This document shows, piece by piece, positions 9,385 through 19,394 of a DNA stretch of 32,000 nucleotides. The position numbers and the translations under genes are program-made. The stretch is from Desulfotalea psychrophila LSv54 (GTDB taxonomy: Bacteria; Desulfobacterota; Desulfobulbia; Desulfobulbales; Desulfocapsaceae). The notes beneath the pieces are model-generated. The model had not been told where the DNA came from. It saw only the letters and a program-made list of their open reading frames with translations, and did not search any database. The stretch's first letter is position 1. Every line of letters begins with the position of its first letter. The stretch covers positions 60,001 through 92,000 of the forward strand of contig NC_006138.1 in assembly GCF_000025945.1 (NCBI RefSeq), in the 5' to 3' direction.

Positions 9385-9412
9385 TTGACATTGCCCTGTC
9401 ATACCATATATG
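9385..9412 (+). promoter_or_regulatory. Putative sigma-70 promoter for nrdDG
   Basis: TTGACA 9385-9390, 16 nt spacer, TATATG 9407-9412; about 265 nt upstream of the nrdD start. Confidence 0.4.
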
Positions 9413-9677
9413 ATGGCCTCAGCCAACATCATCGATATTGGCAGCACCTATAAAAATCGAACATACCGCGCATATTTAGGATGATTCTGCAAGAGTTACT
9501 CAAAGAATTATCCATCGTCAGACACGGCAAACAACAACATACAAAAAGGCCAGGGCATCGATAAAAAGCAGGCTTGTTATCTTGAGTAGCACGACTTTTT
9601 CACCATGATAACAGCAAGACCTGAACATCCCGGCTGCCAATATCAACCCTTACCTACACCTTCAAGGAAAAATAATT

Positions 9678-11795
9678 ATGTCAGCGCATACCGCCTCTCT
9701 CCGTCCTGTAGTCTTTACCCATGTTAAAAAAAGAACTGGTAATATTGTTCCCTTTGAGTCTGCCAAGATAACCGCCGCCCTCGAGAAAGCAGGTCTTGCC
9801 ACAGAGGAATTTGCCCAGGACGAGGCGCGCCGTCTAACTATTCGTGTTCTCACCCTCGCCTATGAGGTATTGCCTGAGACACCAGAAGTTGAACAGCTCC
9901 AGGATCTGGTGGAGGAGGTACTTCTCGCCTCTCCCCATAGAAAAACAGCCAAATCTTATATTCTCTACCGCGATCAGCAAAAACGACGCCGGCAGATGAT
10001 TGAGCAGGCGGATATTCAGCTCATTGACAACTACCTTGAGCGTCTTGATTGGCAGGTAAACGAGAACAGCAATATGGCCTACTCCCTTCAGGGTCTCAAT
10101 AACTATATTGCCAACGAAACCAGCAAGAACTACTGGCTGCACCGCATCTACCCACCAGAGGTGCGTGATGCCCACGAGCAGGGTGATCTCCATATCCATG
10201 ATCTTGGCCTGCTGTCGGTATACTGCGTTGGCTGGGACCTTCAGGATCTTCTTAAAAACGGTTTTCGTGGAGTAGCAGGCAAGGCTGCATCTGCTCCGGC
10301 AAAACACTTCCGAAGCGCCCTGGGTCAGGTGGTAAACTTTTTCTACACCCTGCAGGGAGAAGCTGCCGGTGCCCAGGCTTTTTCAAGTTTTGATACCCTG
10401 CTCGCCCCCTTTATCCGCAAGGACGGTTTAACCTTCAAGGAGGTTAAACAAGCCGTACAGGAGTTTATCTTTAACCTGAACGTACCTACCCGGGTTGGTT
10501 TTCAAACACCCTTCACCAACCTGACCATGGATCTGCAACCACCCTCCACCCTACGTGATGAGCCAGCTAAGATTGGTGGCGTAGACCAGGAGAACTGCTA
10601 CAGTGATTATCAGGTGGAGATGAACATGATCAACGAGGCCTTCCTCGAGGTTATGTCCGAAGGTGATGCCAATGCCCGTGTTTTCACCTTCCCTATTCCG
10701 ACCTACAATATCACTGAAGATTTTAACTGGGACGACAAGAGCCTGGACAAGCTCTGGAGCGTCACGGCAAAATACGGCATCCCCTATTTTGCCAACTTTG
10801 TTAACTCGGACCTCTCCGTTGACGATGCCCGTTCCATGTGCTGTCGCCTTCGTCTTGATACCCGCGAACTGGAAAAACGTGGTGGTGGTCTCTTTGGTGC
10901 CAATCCACTCACCGGTTCCATCGGTGTTGTGACCATGAACCTGGTGGCACTTGGCCAGCAAAGTAACAGCGAAGAAGAATTTTTCACCCGACTTGACCAC
11001 CAGTTAGAGATTGCCCGTACCAGTCTTGAGATTAAACGTAAGGTGCTCGAAGACTACACTGCCAAGGGACTCTACCCATACACCAAGTATTATCTGCGTC
11101 AGGTTCACAATCGTTTCCAAAAATATTGGGAAAACCACTTCTCCACCATCGGCGTTATCGGTGCCAATGAGGCCTGTATCGGCGTTGTCGGCCATAATAT
11201 CGGCGACCCTGAAGGCAATAAATTTGCCACGGATATCCTCGACTATATCAGAGAAAAACTCCAGCAATTCCAAACAGAAACAGGGAATCTCTACAACCTT
11301 GAGGCAACCCCTGCCGAGGGCACCGGTTTTCGTTTGGCCCAGATAGACAAGAAACGTTTTCCTGAAATGAAGACAGCTCTCTGCACCGACGATGGCAGCA
11401 CCCCCATCTACACCAACTCGACCCAGTTGCCCATCAACTACAGCGATGATATTTACAAGATCCTTGATCTGCAGGATAACCTCCAGACCAAATATACAGG
11501 CGGTACTGTACAGCATATCTTCCTCGGTGAGGCAGCACCTGATCCAGTGGCAGTAAAAGCATTTGTCAAATCTATCTGCAATAACTACCAGATTCCATAT
11601 TTTACCATCAGCCCTTCATTCTCCATCTGCCCTGAGCATGGCTACCTGTTAGGGGAAGTTGAAAAATGCCCCACCTGTGATGGCCCAACGGAGATTTACT
11701 CACGGGTTGTGGGCTATCTTCGCCCCGTACAACAGTGGAACGATGGCAAAAAGGCAGAATTCAAACAACGCTCTCATTTCAAGGTCGGTAAATAA
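9678..11795 (+). CDS. nrdD: Anaerobic ribonucleoside-triphosphate reductase
   Basis: 705 aa with ATP-cone N-terminus, CPxC-type zinc site (CPEHGYLLGEVEKCPTC) and C-terminal glycyl-radical motif RVVGYLRPVQQWNDGKKAEF. Confidence 0.95.
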   Translation: MSAHTASLRPVVFTHVKKRTGNIVPFESAKITAALEKAGLATEEFAQDEARRLTIRVLTLAYEVLPETPEVEQLQDLVEEVLLASPHRKTAKSYILYRDQQKRRRQMIEQADIQLIDNYLERLDWQVNENSNMAYSLQGLNNYIANETSKNYWLHRIYPPEVRDAHEQGDLHIHDLGLLSVYCVGWDLQDLLKNGFRGVAGKAASAPAKHFRSALGQVVNFFYTLQGEAAGAQAFSSFDTLLAPFIRKDGLTFKEVKQAVQEFIFNLNVPTRVGFQTPFTNLTMDLQPPSTLRDEPAKIGGVDQENCYSDYQVEMNMINEAFLEVMSEGDANARVFTFPIPTYNITEDFNWDDKSLDKLWSVTAKYGIPYFANFVNSDLSVDDARSMCCRLRLDTRELEKRGGGLFGANPLTGSIGVVTMNLVALGQQSNSEEEFFTRLDHQLEIARTSLEIKRKVLEDYTAKGLYPYTKYYLRQVHNRFQKYWENHFSTIGVIGANEACIGVVGHNIGDPEGNKFATDILDYIREKLQQFQTETGNLYNLEATPAEGTGFRLAQIDKKRFPEMKTALCTDDGSTPIYTNSTQLPINYSDDIYKILDLQDNLQTKYTGGTVQHIFLGEAAPDPVAVKAFVKSICNNYQIPYFTISPSFSICPEHGYLLGEVEKCPTCDGPTEIYSRVVGYLRPVQQWNDGKKAEFKQRSHFKVGK

Positions 11796-12415
11796 TGCGT
11801 ATAGGTGGTCTACAAAAATTCACCCTCTCTGACTATCCGGGAGTACCCGCTGCCATCATCTTCACTCAGGGATGCAACTATCGTTGCCCCTTCTGCCACA
11901 ATGGGAACCTATTGCCCATGCAGGGGAGTGAAGAGATCGAGGTAGAAGAGGTCCTCTCCTGGTTACGGGAGAGACAGGGAAAGCTCGACGGGGTAGTCAT
12001 TACCGGTGGTGAACCCACCCTGCAGGCTGATCTTGGTTCCTTTATCTGCCAGATCAGAGAGATGGGGTATAAAATCAAGCTCGATAGCAATGGCAGCCAT
12101 CCAGAAGTATTGGAAAAGCTGCTCGATCAGGGCCTCATTGATTTTGTGGCCATGGATGTTAAGGCCCCGGCAGCTAAATACTCTCGGCTTTGCGGGGTCA
12201 AGGTTAATCTTGAGCACATAGAGCAGAGCATGGAGATCATTGCCAAATCTGGTGTTGAGCACCTCTTCCGGACCACCTATGTCGAGGCCTTTTTGGATGA
12301 GGCTGATTTAGCGGAGATCCGGGGACTGATACCGACGGGCTCAACCTATGTGCAACAGTCTTTTCGTCCTGAGAATGCTCTTAGTGAGGAATTGAGACAA
12401 ACAAAAAGCGATTAA
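11795..12415 (+). CDS. nrdG: Anaerobic ribonucleoside-triphosphate reductase activating protein (radical SAM)
   Basis: GCNYRCPFCHNGNLLP radical-SAM CxxxCxxC motif; overlaps the nrdD stop. Confidence 0.93.
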   Translation: MRIGGLQKFTLSDYPGVPAAIIFTQGCNYRCPFCHNGNLLPMQGSEEIEVEEVLSWLRERQGKLDGVVITGGEPTLQADLGSFICQIREMGYKIKLDSNGSHPEVLEKLLDQGLIDFVAMDVKAPAAKYSRLCGVKVNLEHIEQSMEIIAKSGVEHLFRTTYVEAFLDEADLAEIRGLIPTGSTYVQQSFRPENALSEELRQTKSD

Positions 12416-12452
12416 CCACAGAGAGAAGGAGAACACAGAGAAAGACTTTTTA
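12412..12452. repeat. AACCACAGAG module overlapping the nrdG stop codon
   Basis: TTAACCACAGAGAGAAGGAGAACACAGAGAAAGACTTTTT; the TAA at 12413-12415 is the nrdG stop. Confidence 0.85.
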
Positions 12453-12548
12453 GGTAAAGAACCAAAAAACTTTGACTGTGAAGCTCTAGCGAAATGATGA
12501 ACCTCTCTCCGACAGAAGTTCAAGCAGTTAATCTTTTCACAAAAAACA

Positions 12549-12635
12549 CTCTGTGGACTCTGTGGACTCTGTGGACTCTGTGGACTCTGTGGACTCTGTG
12601 GACTCTGTGGACTCTGTGGACTCTGTGGACTCTGT
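12549..12635. repeat. (CTCTGTGGA)n 9-bp tandem array, about 9.7 perfect copies
   Basis: Direct read of 87 bp; no spacers. Confidence 0.98.
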
Positions 12636-12668
12636 AGTTGATTTTAAAAGCCAACTATTAAGGGCAAC

Positions 12669-12709
12669 AAAAAAAGGAGCTGACCTCGAAAGAGATCAGC
12701 TCCTTTTTT
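12669..12709 (+). terminator. Rho-independent terminator for nrdDG
   Basis: AAAAAAGGAGCTGA...TCAGCTCCTTTTTT stem-loop with T-tract. Confidence 0.85.
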
Positions 12710-12878
12710 ATTGGACAACTACTTGAAAAATATAGCTGATAAATTATCTCTTTAAGGCTTTTTCGACAAACCCCTCCCAGCCTCCCCTTACCAAGAGGAG
12801 GAGTGGACCCTGCCCATTTCAACCCATTATCTACGAATCAACAAGGCATTGCCTCTAAGAAAATATTTCTGCCTTTAA

Positions 12879-12933
12879 GTTTTTTCTAGTATCTAGCATC
12901 CGCCATTCCGCGATGCTTCACTGCTCGTATCTG
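12879..12933. repeat. Mosaic repeat, reverse-oriented, downstream of the FadL-like gene
   Basis: GTTTTTTCTAGTATCTAGCATCCGCCATTCCGCGATGCTTCACTGCTCGTATCTG; near-copy of 16561-16616. Confidence 0.85.
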
Positions 12934-12940
12934 TCTTTTC

Positions 12941-14131
12941 CTAAAAACGATAATTCAGGCCAGTGCTAACCAAGAAGGCACCACCATTGGTAAATTCACC
13001 AACAGCGCCAATGCCTGGATGATTAACATCTCTTTCTTCTTTGTAGTCATAGAGGACAGCCATACCTACATCGAGGTTCTCGGTCATGGCATACTGAAAG
13101 CCAACGGAGTAGAGCCAGGCAGGTGCGTCTGGGAGCTCAAAGCCCACGGTGCTATTGGGGGACGGACACTCATCGTAGGCAAAACCAGCCATCAGGGTCA
13201 GGGCATCGTTAAGATCATAGCTAAGGCCAAGACGGTAGGCATTGCCATCATCCCAATCTTTCAGAAAAGATTTTGAATAACCTGCTGGATTTGTTACAAT
13301 ATTAAGCTGATCGTATGCTGACCAAAATGTTCTATCTACGGTCAGTTCTACGGTCAGATTTTCAAGGGGTTGAAACGAGGTACTGAGGGCTAAGACTGCA
13401 GGTGCTGGCACACTAGTGGACGCCGATATTATAGCCGATGGGGGCAAGAGACCACTAGCTGTAGGATTAAAGCGTACATCGCTCTCAGAAAAGTTCAGAT
13501 CAATCTTGGAACGATAGGTGGCCGAGATATTCCAACTCTCCACAGGACGAACAGAGAGGGCCAGATTATAGCCCCACTCGATAGTATCCCCCTCCATATC
13601 GTACAATACATTTTTTATGGTGGCATTGGCGTACATCATCCGTACTCCACCGGCCAGAGAGACCTTATCGTTAATACGATAGGAGAGGGTGGGGTTCAGC
13701 TCGAAGGTCTCCATGGAAAACTCGCGGGCAGAGCCAGTTCCGGCATTATTCTTCCATCTCTTGGCAAGGCCATAGGGAGAGGTATTGGAGATACCAAAGC
13801 GAAAATCTCCAAAATACGGGGAGACGATAAAACCGGTGGGCATCACAAAATTTTCATCCTCTGCATTAGACGAATATCCATCAGCTCCATGGTACTCATT
13901 CTTGGTGAGATGGATATAGGTCAGGTTACCCTGAATCATGGTCCCATCTTCCAGCCATGACATATTGGCAGGGTTAAAATAGGTGGCATCGGCCCGGGTA
14001 GACGAGGCTATATTGGCACCGGCCTTAGCCGTGGAATCAACAGATTGCTCTGGAATTCTAAAACCTGAGGCAGAGGCGTTTGCCGCCACCATAAGGCTTA
14101 TCAGGGCCAGTGCAGAAATCTTCTTTTTCAT
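12941..14131 (-). CDS. Outer membrane transport protein, OMPP1/FadL/TodX family
   Basis: Signal peptide MKKKISALALISLMVAANASA then SGFRIPEQSVDSTAKAGANIASSTRADATYFNPANMSWL; C-terminal aromatic STGLNYRF. Confidence 0.92.
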   Translation of the reverse strand: MKKKISALALISLMVAANASASGFRIPEQSVDSTAKAGANIASSTRADATYFNPANMSWLEDGTMIQGNLTYIHLTKNEYHGADGYSSNAEDENFVMPTGFIVSPYFGDFRFGISNTSPYGLAKRWKNNAGTGSAREFSMETFELNPTLSYRINDKVSLAGGVRMMYANATIKNVLYDMEGDTIEWGYNLALSVRPVESWNISATYRSKIDLNFSESDVRFNPTASGLLPPSAIISASTSVPAPAVLALSTSFQPLENLTVELTVDRTFWSAYDQLNIVTNPAGYSKSFLKDWDDGNAYRLGLSYDLNDALTLMAGFAYDECPSPNSTVGFELPDAPAWLYSVGFQYAMTENLDVGMAVLYDYKEERDVNHPGIGAVGEFTNGGAFLVSTGLNYRF

Positions 14132-14257
14132 CTTCTCTCCTCTTTTTTAACAATTCCACACTCTCTCTCCCAAAAGAAGGTGAAAAAATAAAGCGCCACT
14201 CCCCCACGAGCCTCTCGACCCCACAGGCCCCAGGAACATCCCGGGCCAGGAATAGCA

Positions 14258-15940
14258 TTACGTGTCGTACAGATAGCGTTTTATCTTATGGGTCGCCGTT
14301 TTGGTAAAGGGCTCCCGTCTTTCAAATATCCTGGCAATATGGGAAGACCTGGAGAGGGTCGCATTCACCTCTATCCGCATCTCCTCCAGGAGATGCTCAA
14401 TGAACCGCCGTCGTTCCTCACCGGACTGCCCATTCGTCTGTTCGTCGACATACTCATAATCGGGATAAACCGATGCCTCCAGACCATTCTCCTTTTCAAG
14501 GAGAAGGCTCTCCACTACCCAGAGGAAAGAATTTATCTTATGTTCAATGACCTCGGGATAAACATTTTCACCGTTGGCCATAACAATGACATTTTTCAAA
14601 CGACCACTGATATGGAGATTACCAGCGGCATCCAGACGGCCAAGGTCTCCCGTGGACAACCAACCATCCTCGCTCAGTACTCTGCCGCTCTCTTCCCTAT
14701 CATTATAGTAGCCCTGCATCACATTTGGACCACGGGCAAGAATCTCGCCAACCCCTGTCTCAGCATCACCATCAACGATCTTTACCTGCACACCGGGAAG
14801 AGGTTTACCCGTTGAACCGGTGGCAATAGTCTTATCACCAAGGGGTCCCCCGGCAATAAGAGGAGCAGCCTCGGTCATACCATAGCCAATGAGATATGGA
14901 AACTGAGCATCTGTTAAAAACTGGGCGACCTCAGGATTCAGGGCAGCTCCACCAATCCCCATAATCCCCAGATTACCACCAAAAAATTCAATAAGCTTTC
15001 GCCCTATTCTTTTATAGATAAAATTACGACCAAGAGATGTTTTACAGATCAGGGTCAGGAGTTTACTCTTCTCTATCTGTGGCAGCACTCGTTTTTTATA
15101 AATTTTTTCTAAGACAAGGGGCACAGCAAAGATGGCAAAGGGCCTCTCGTGCTGACAGAGTTTTTGCAAAATAGCAGGAGTCGGGGTCTTGCCCGCATAG
15201 GCTATACGCGCCCCACAGAGGAGTGGCAAGATAAAACCACAGGTAAACTCATAGGTATGGGATATGGGCAAGATGGAAAGCCAGACAGCACCAGGTTCAA
15301 TTTCGGCAAGCTCGGAAGCCGCATGAGCATTTGCACTAAAATTTCCATGGGAAAGCATAACTGCCTTTGAATACCCCGAGGTACCAGAGGTATAGAGAAT
15401 AGAGGCAATATCATCTTCTTCCACCTCAGGAAAATGAGGTGCCCCCTCCTGCCCCTGCAAACCTTCAAGGGCATTTTCAAGATAGGTACTATAGGAGGTA
15501 ACGGTAAAGACTTCGGCAAAACTATCACTATCATCAAGGGTTACAACTAACTCTGGAAAGGAACCACTAAAATCATAGACCTTCTCTAACTGGCGATGGG
15601 TGATAAAAAGTGCCCCCACCTTCATTTCGGAAAGGATATGATGCACATCACTTTCCGGCAGGTCGGGCAGGATAGGCACGACAATGGCACCTATTCGAAC
15701 AGCAGCAAGATAAACTACACCCCACCTATCGGAATTTTCAGCAAGGATTGCAATACGGCCACCCTTTTTTATCCCCTCTGCCTGCAGGCTGGCGGCAAGG
15801 GCAATAATCCTCCTCTGCATCTCCTCATAGGTTAGAGGATGAGCCATAGCCATGCCAATGGCTGGCAGGGCAGCAAATTTTTCACAGCTCATATCAACAA
15901 GATGATTGAGGGTCATAGACAGTTCTTCTCCCGCATTCAT
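14258..15940 (-). CDS. AMP-dependent synthetase/long-chain acyl-CoA ligase (likely start 15940; ORF open to 15988)
   Basis: ASILYTSGTSGYSKAVMLSHGNFSANAHA; LIGYGMTEAAPLIAGG; DGWLSTGDLGRLDAAGNLHISGRLKNVIVMANGENVYPEVIE; GAGGTGG ribosome-binding site before the internal ATG. Confidence 0.92.
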   Translation of the reverse strand: MNAGEELSMTLNHLVDMSCEKFAALPAIGMAMAHPLTYEEMQRRIIALAASLQAEGIKKGGRIAILAENSDRWGVVYLAAVRIGAIVVPILPDLPESDVHHILSEMKVGALFITHRQLEKVYDFSGSFPELVVTLDDSDSFAEVFTVTSYSTYLENALEGLQGQEGAPHFPEVEEDDIASILYTSGTSGYSKAVMLSHGNFSANAHAASELAEIEPGAVWLSILPISHTYEFTCGFILPLLCGARIAYAGKTPTPAILQKLCQHERPFAIFAVPLVLEKIYKKRVLPQIEKSKLLTLICKTSLGRNFIYKRIGRKLIEFFGGNLGIMGIGGAALNPEVAQFLTDAQFPYLIGYGMTEAAPLIAGGPLGDKTIATGSTGKPLPGVQVKIVDGDAETGVGEILARGPNVMQGYYNDREESGRVLSEDGWLSTGDLGRLDAAGNLHISGRLKNVIVMANGENVYPEVIEHKINSFLWVVESLLLEKENGLEASVYPDYEYVDEQTNGQSGEERRRFIEHLLEEMRIEVNATLSRSSHIARIFERREPFTKTATHKIKRYLYDT

Positions 15941-15998
15941 GGAACACCACCTCACAGGTAAAAAGGAGAGCCAGGGACCTACAGTCAAGTAAACCCCA

Positions 15999-16037
15999 TA
16001 AAAAAAAAGACCAGCACATCTGTTGATGCAGGCCCTT
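15999..16037 (-). terminator. Candidate intrinsic terminator reading minus
   Basis: Minus strand GGCCTGCATCA..TGTGCTGGTC imperfect stem followed by a run of nine T. Confidence 0.4.
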
Positions 16038-16143
16038 TCTCATATAGCACACGCTAATTCTCTTCAATAAAAGTAAAGAATATGACTTATAATCAATTTT
16101 TATACTTTTAACAGCCTTAAATTTTTAGGGAAAGGGCGGAGAA

Positions 16144-16616
<473 letters not shown>

Positions 16617-16634
16617 TCTTTCTGCCCTAGACCC

Positions 16635-16690
16635 CAAAAAGCAGGTAACGGGAAATAAGGGAGGTCTCCATATCACTGTTCCTGCTTTTC
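16635..16690 (-). terminator. Possible terminator/inverted repeat downstream of the DUF1566 gene
   Basis: AAAAAGCAGG...CCTGCTTTT flanking an inner GGAGGTCTCC; large loop. Confidence 0.3.
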
Positions 16691-16723
16691 TATCTGCACC
16701 AATGGCTTACCAACTACAATCGC

Positions 16724-17662
16724 TTAAACAGTCCTCACAAGCCGGGCAAAAGCACCGGGAATGGTACCAGAAGACCAAAAGGCCCGCCCCTGCTTATAGT
16801 CAACAAACCAATATCCACCTGGCTTACGCTGAGCGGCAACAAAGATAAAAGGCTGCTGCTTGGAAAAGCAGAGGGGCAGAAAGAGATCCTTACCATTTTT
16901 GCCAGGCTCCATAAGTGACATAGCCTCCTCCATGCTTGGGAGCCGCCAATCATGAAAACCGGCAAGACCTCGCTCATTAAGCTCAGCAATGCCACGCTGT
17001 ATGGTTCTGATAGAGGCAATATCCAGACCTCCACGCTGCCACATCAGCCCTGTAGCACTGTCAACCACCGCATCATCGCCGAAAGCCGACAACCTGCTAG
17101 CGAAGCCTCCAGAATGGTTAATATTGCTATCATAAAAATTCCATTTTTTGATAATTCCTTCGATCTCATCATCCTTAATAATAGCCGATTCACGAGGGAG
17201 TTCCGTTATAGCCTCTGAACTGGCCAAACCCGTAAATTCAGGGAGTGACTCACCCATATCCTCGCCCTCACCCTCCTCATCAACCAGGGGAATAAGAAGA
17301 TCTTCCCTGCCACCATCAAGAACATTTTTAAGCAGCCAATCTTTAATCTCTTCGTTAATAGGGTAGCTTTGCTCAAAGCGAGAGGCAACTCCCTGACTGG
17401 CAACACAGTGCTCCAACATGACAAGAGGGGCAAGTACCTCCGCTATGACCTTGGCGTGTTTCACCGCCCGTTCCATCAGACAAAGTTTGGGTTTATCACC
17501 CCAATTATCAACAAAAAAATAGTAGACACACTCAGCATTATTGCGCACACGCTCACGACCGCCCCAAGATTCATAGGTGCCAAAGCAGAGATCCGGACTC
17601 ATTTCCCAATCAATTGGACTAATAATTTTTTCGCCAACCTTCACCTTATTAAACAAACTCAT
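16724..17662 (-). CDS. DUF1566 (Lcl C-terminal) domain protein
   Basis: C-terminus VVDSATGLMWQRGG...GLAGFHDWRLPSMEEAMSLM...FWSSG typical of DUF1566; N-terminal half of unknown function. Confidence 0.8.
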   Translation of the reverse strand: MSLFNKVKVGEKIISPIDWEMSPDLCFGTYESWGGRERVRNNAECVYYFFVDNWGDKPKLCLMERAVKHAKVIAEVLAPLVMLEHCVASQGVASRFEQSYPINEEIKDWLLKNVLDGGREDLLIPLVDEEGEGEDMGESLPEFTGLASSEAITELPRESAIIKDDEIEGIIKKWNFYDSNINHSGGFASRLSAFGDDAVVDSATGLMWQRGGLDIASIRTIQRGIAELNERGLAGFHDWRLPSMEEAMSLMEPGKNGKDLFLPLCFSKQQPFIFVAAQRKPGGYWFVDYKQGRAFWSSGTIPGAFARLVRTV

Positions 17663-17946
17663 GATAGCCTCTCCTCGCCTAAAAGCAGCAATATTGAATA
17701 GGATTTCAAAATGAACAGCATCTGTTTGGTAATGATTACCAATACTACCAACATAAATTATATCAACTCACTTGTCCAGAAACAAGTGAGAATAGTTCCC
17801 AACTAAATCGCCAGAGCCAGGCATCATATTTTATCCATCCCTTGCATATTGGCTTTTGGACGAGAAAATTGTAGAGTGGTGCAGACGAGAATATGGGCAG
17901 AAAAAAGAAAGCCCTTCAGTAGTACCCATCAACTATTTAGGTTATT

Positions 17947-18471
17947 ATGGCTCAATTGCTATTTATCGGTGATTCTCTCATAGAGGGCGGTGCCCCCTGG
18001 TCAGATCGTATTCCACAGCACAAAATAGAAAGTCTCGGTATTCCTGGAGCACGGACAGATGAGCTTCTAGCCAGACTGCCCCTGCTCACCACTGCTACTC
18101 CACCTGACCTGACCCTTATCTCTATCGGCACCAATAATATCTACCAGCAAGATCTCTCTTTTCACCAGTCCCTGCAGGAGATTATCCTTTTCTGCCGAAA
18201 GAATTTTCCCTCTAGCAAAATTTTGCTGGAAAATATTTTTCCCATGCACCTTTCCCATATTACTGCAGAACAAATAGAGGCTGTCAACAGGGATATTGCC
18301 CTACTTGCCAGACAAACGGGCAGTTGCCTCCTTGATATGCATGCTGTATTTACAGCAGCAAAGTCAGAAAACATTTTTCAACAGGACAATATCCATCTCA
18401 CCGAAAGAGGTTATGCCGTCTGGACCAGGAAGATCCAAGAGCATGTCGCCTTTCTTATCGAGGCTGAATAA
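17947..18471 (+). CDS. SGNH/GDSL-family hydrolase
   Basis: LLFIGDSLIEGGAPW (GDS block), SIGTNNI, and a C-terminal DNIHLTERGY block. Confidence 0.88.
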   Translation: MAQLLFIGDSLIEGGAPWSDRIPQHKIESLGIPGARTDELLARLPLLTTATPPDLTLISIGTNNIYQQDLSFHQSLQEIILFCRKNFPSSKILLENIFPMHLSHITAEQIEAVNRDIALLARQTGSCLLDMHAVFTAAKSENIFQQDNIHLTERGYAVWTRKIQEHVAFLIEAE

Positions 18472-18608
18472 GAGGTGGTTTGAAAAGTCAGCACAAACAT
18501 TGTTTATATCAAGGTCTATACTTACCTTCGTAGATATTTTTCATCTAAGGTTGATATTTGAATAAAGTGGTCTCCAACCAAGACCACTCACATTACAGGA
18601 GTAGCATC

Positions 18609-19382
18609 ATGCAGACAGGACAACAAGAAAGAGCAGTAAAGACACTTCTTACCACCTCCCTCCTATTTTTTTCCCTTATCATCTCAACTACAGGTTTTGC
18701 CGGAGCAATACATAATGGCATAATTAAAGAGACTATGAACTCAGGTGGCTACACCTATATGCTCATGGACGAGGGCAACAAGGATATCTGGGTAGCAATC
18801 CCAGAGAGCAAGGTAACAGAGGGCAGCAAGGTAAACTATATCAAGGGAATGGTGATGTCCAACTTCACCAGCAAGACCCTTAACAAGACCTTTGCCACCA
18901 TCATCTTCTCACCAGGACTGACCACAGAAGAGGCCACAACTGCGGAGAGTGGCGATCTTTTTGCCGGCGCCATTAAGGCAGAAAAGGCCCAGAAAAAGAT
19001 GGAAACGGACGAATCACCGGGTAGCGAGGGGGCCGTCAGTAGCTATCAGGAGGTAAAGATAGAGAAGGCTCAGGGCGACAATGCCTATACCGTTGCGGAG
19101 CTCTTTGCCAAACGGCAGGAACTTGTCGGCAAGACAGTTCGGGTGCAGGGCAAGATCACCAAGATCAATATGAGTATTCTGGGGAAAAATTGGATCCACA
19201 TTCAGGATGGTAGTGGCAATCCCATGGAAAACACCCATGATCTGGTGCTAACAACAGCCAAGACCCTGCAGGAGGGTGATACCCTTGTTCTTGAAGGAAA
19301 GGTCACCATTGACCGTGATTTTGGTTATTCATATAAGTATAACCTTCTGATCGAAGAGGCAGTTCCCGTAGAAAATCAGTAG
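18609..19382 (+). CDS. Exported OB-fold nucleic-acid-binding-domain-like protein (likely start 18609)
   Basis: Signal-like LLFFSLIISTTGFAGA; C-terminal VGKTVRVQGKITKINMSILGKNWIHIQDGSG...LVLTTAKTLQEGDTLVLEGKVTIDRDFGYSY. Confidence 0.7.
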   Translation: MQTGQQERAVKTLLTTSLLFFSLIISTTGFAGAIHNGIIKETMNSGGYTYMLMDEGNKDIWVAIPESKVTEGSKVNYIKGMVMSNFTSKTLNKTFATIIFSPGLTTEEATTAESGDLFAGAIKAEKAQKKMETDESPGSEGAVSSYQEVKIEKAQGDNAYTVAELFAKRQELVGKTVRVQGKITKINMSILGKNWIHIQDGSGNPMENTHDLVLTTAKTLQEGDTLVLEGKVTIDRDFGYSYKYNLLIEEAVPVENQ

Positions 19383-19394
19383 GACAAAAAACAG

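Noticed and set aside
9834-11516. Several 75-170 aa ORFs antisense to nrdD
   Set aside because: nrdD is unambiguous on the plus strand; the antisense ORFs lack independent support.
12549-12635. Repeated units that might suggest a CRISPR array
   Set aside because: The 9-bp units are contiguous with no spacers and there are no cas genes nearby.
14288-15835. Plus-strand ORFs antisense to the acyl-CoA synthetase, up to 175 aa
   Set aside because: Antisense to a strongly supported CDS.
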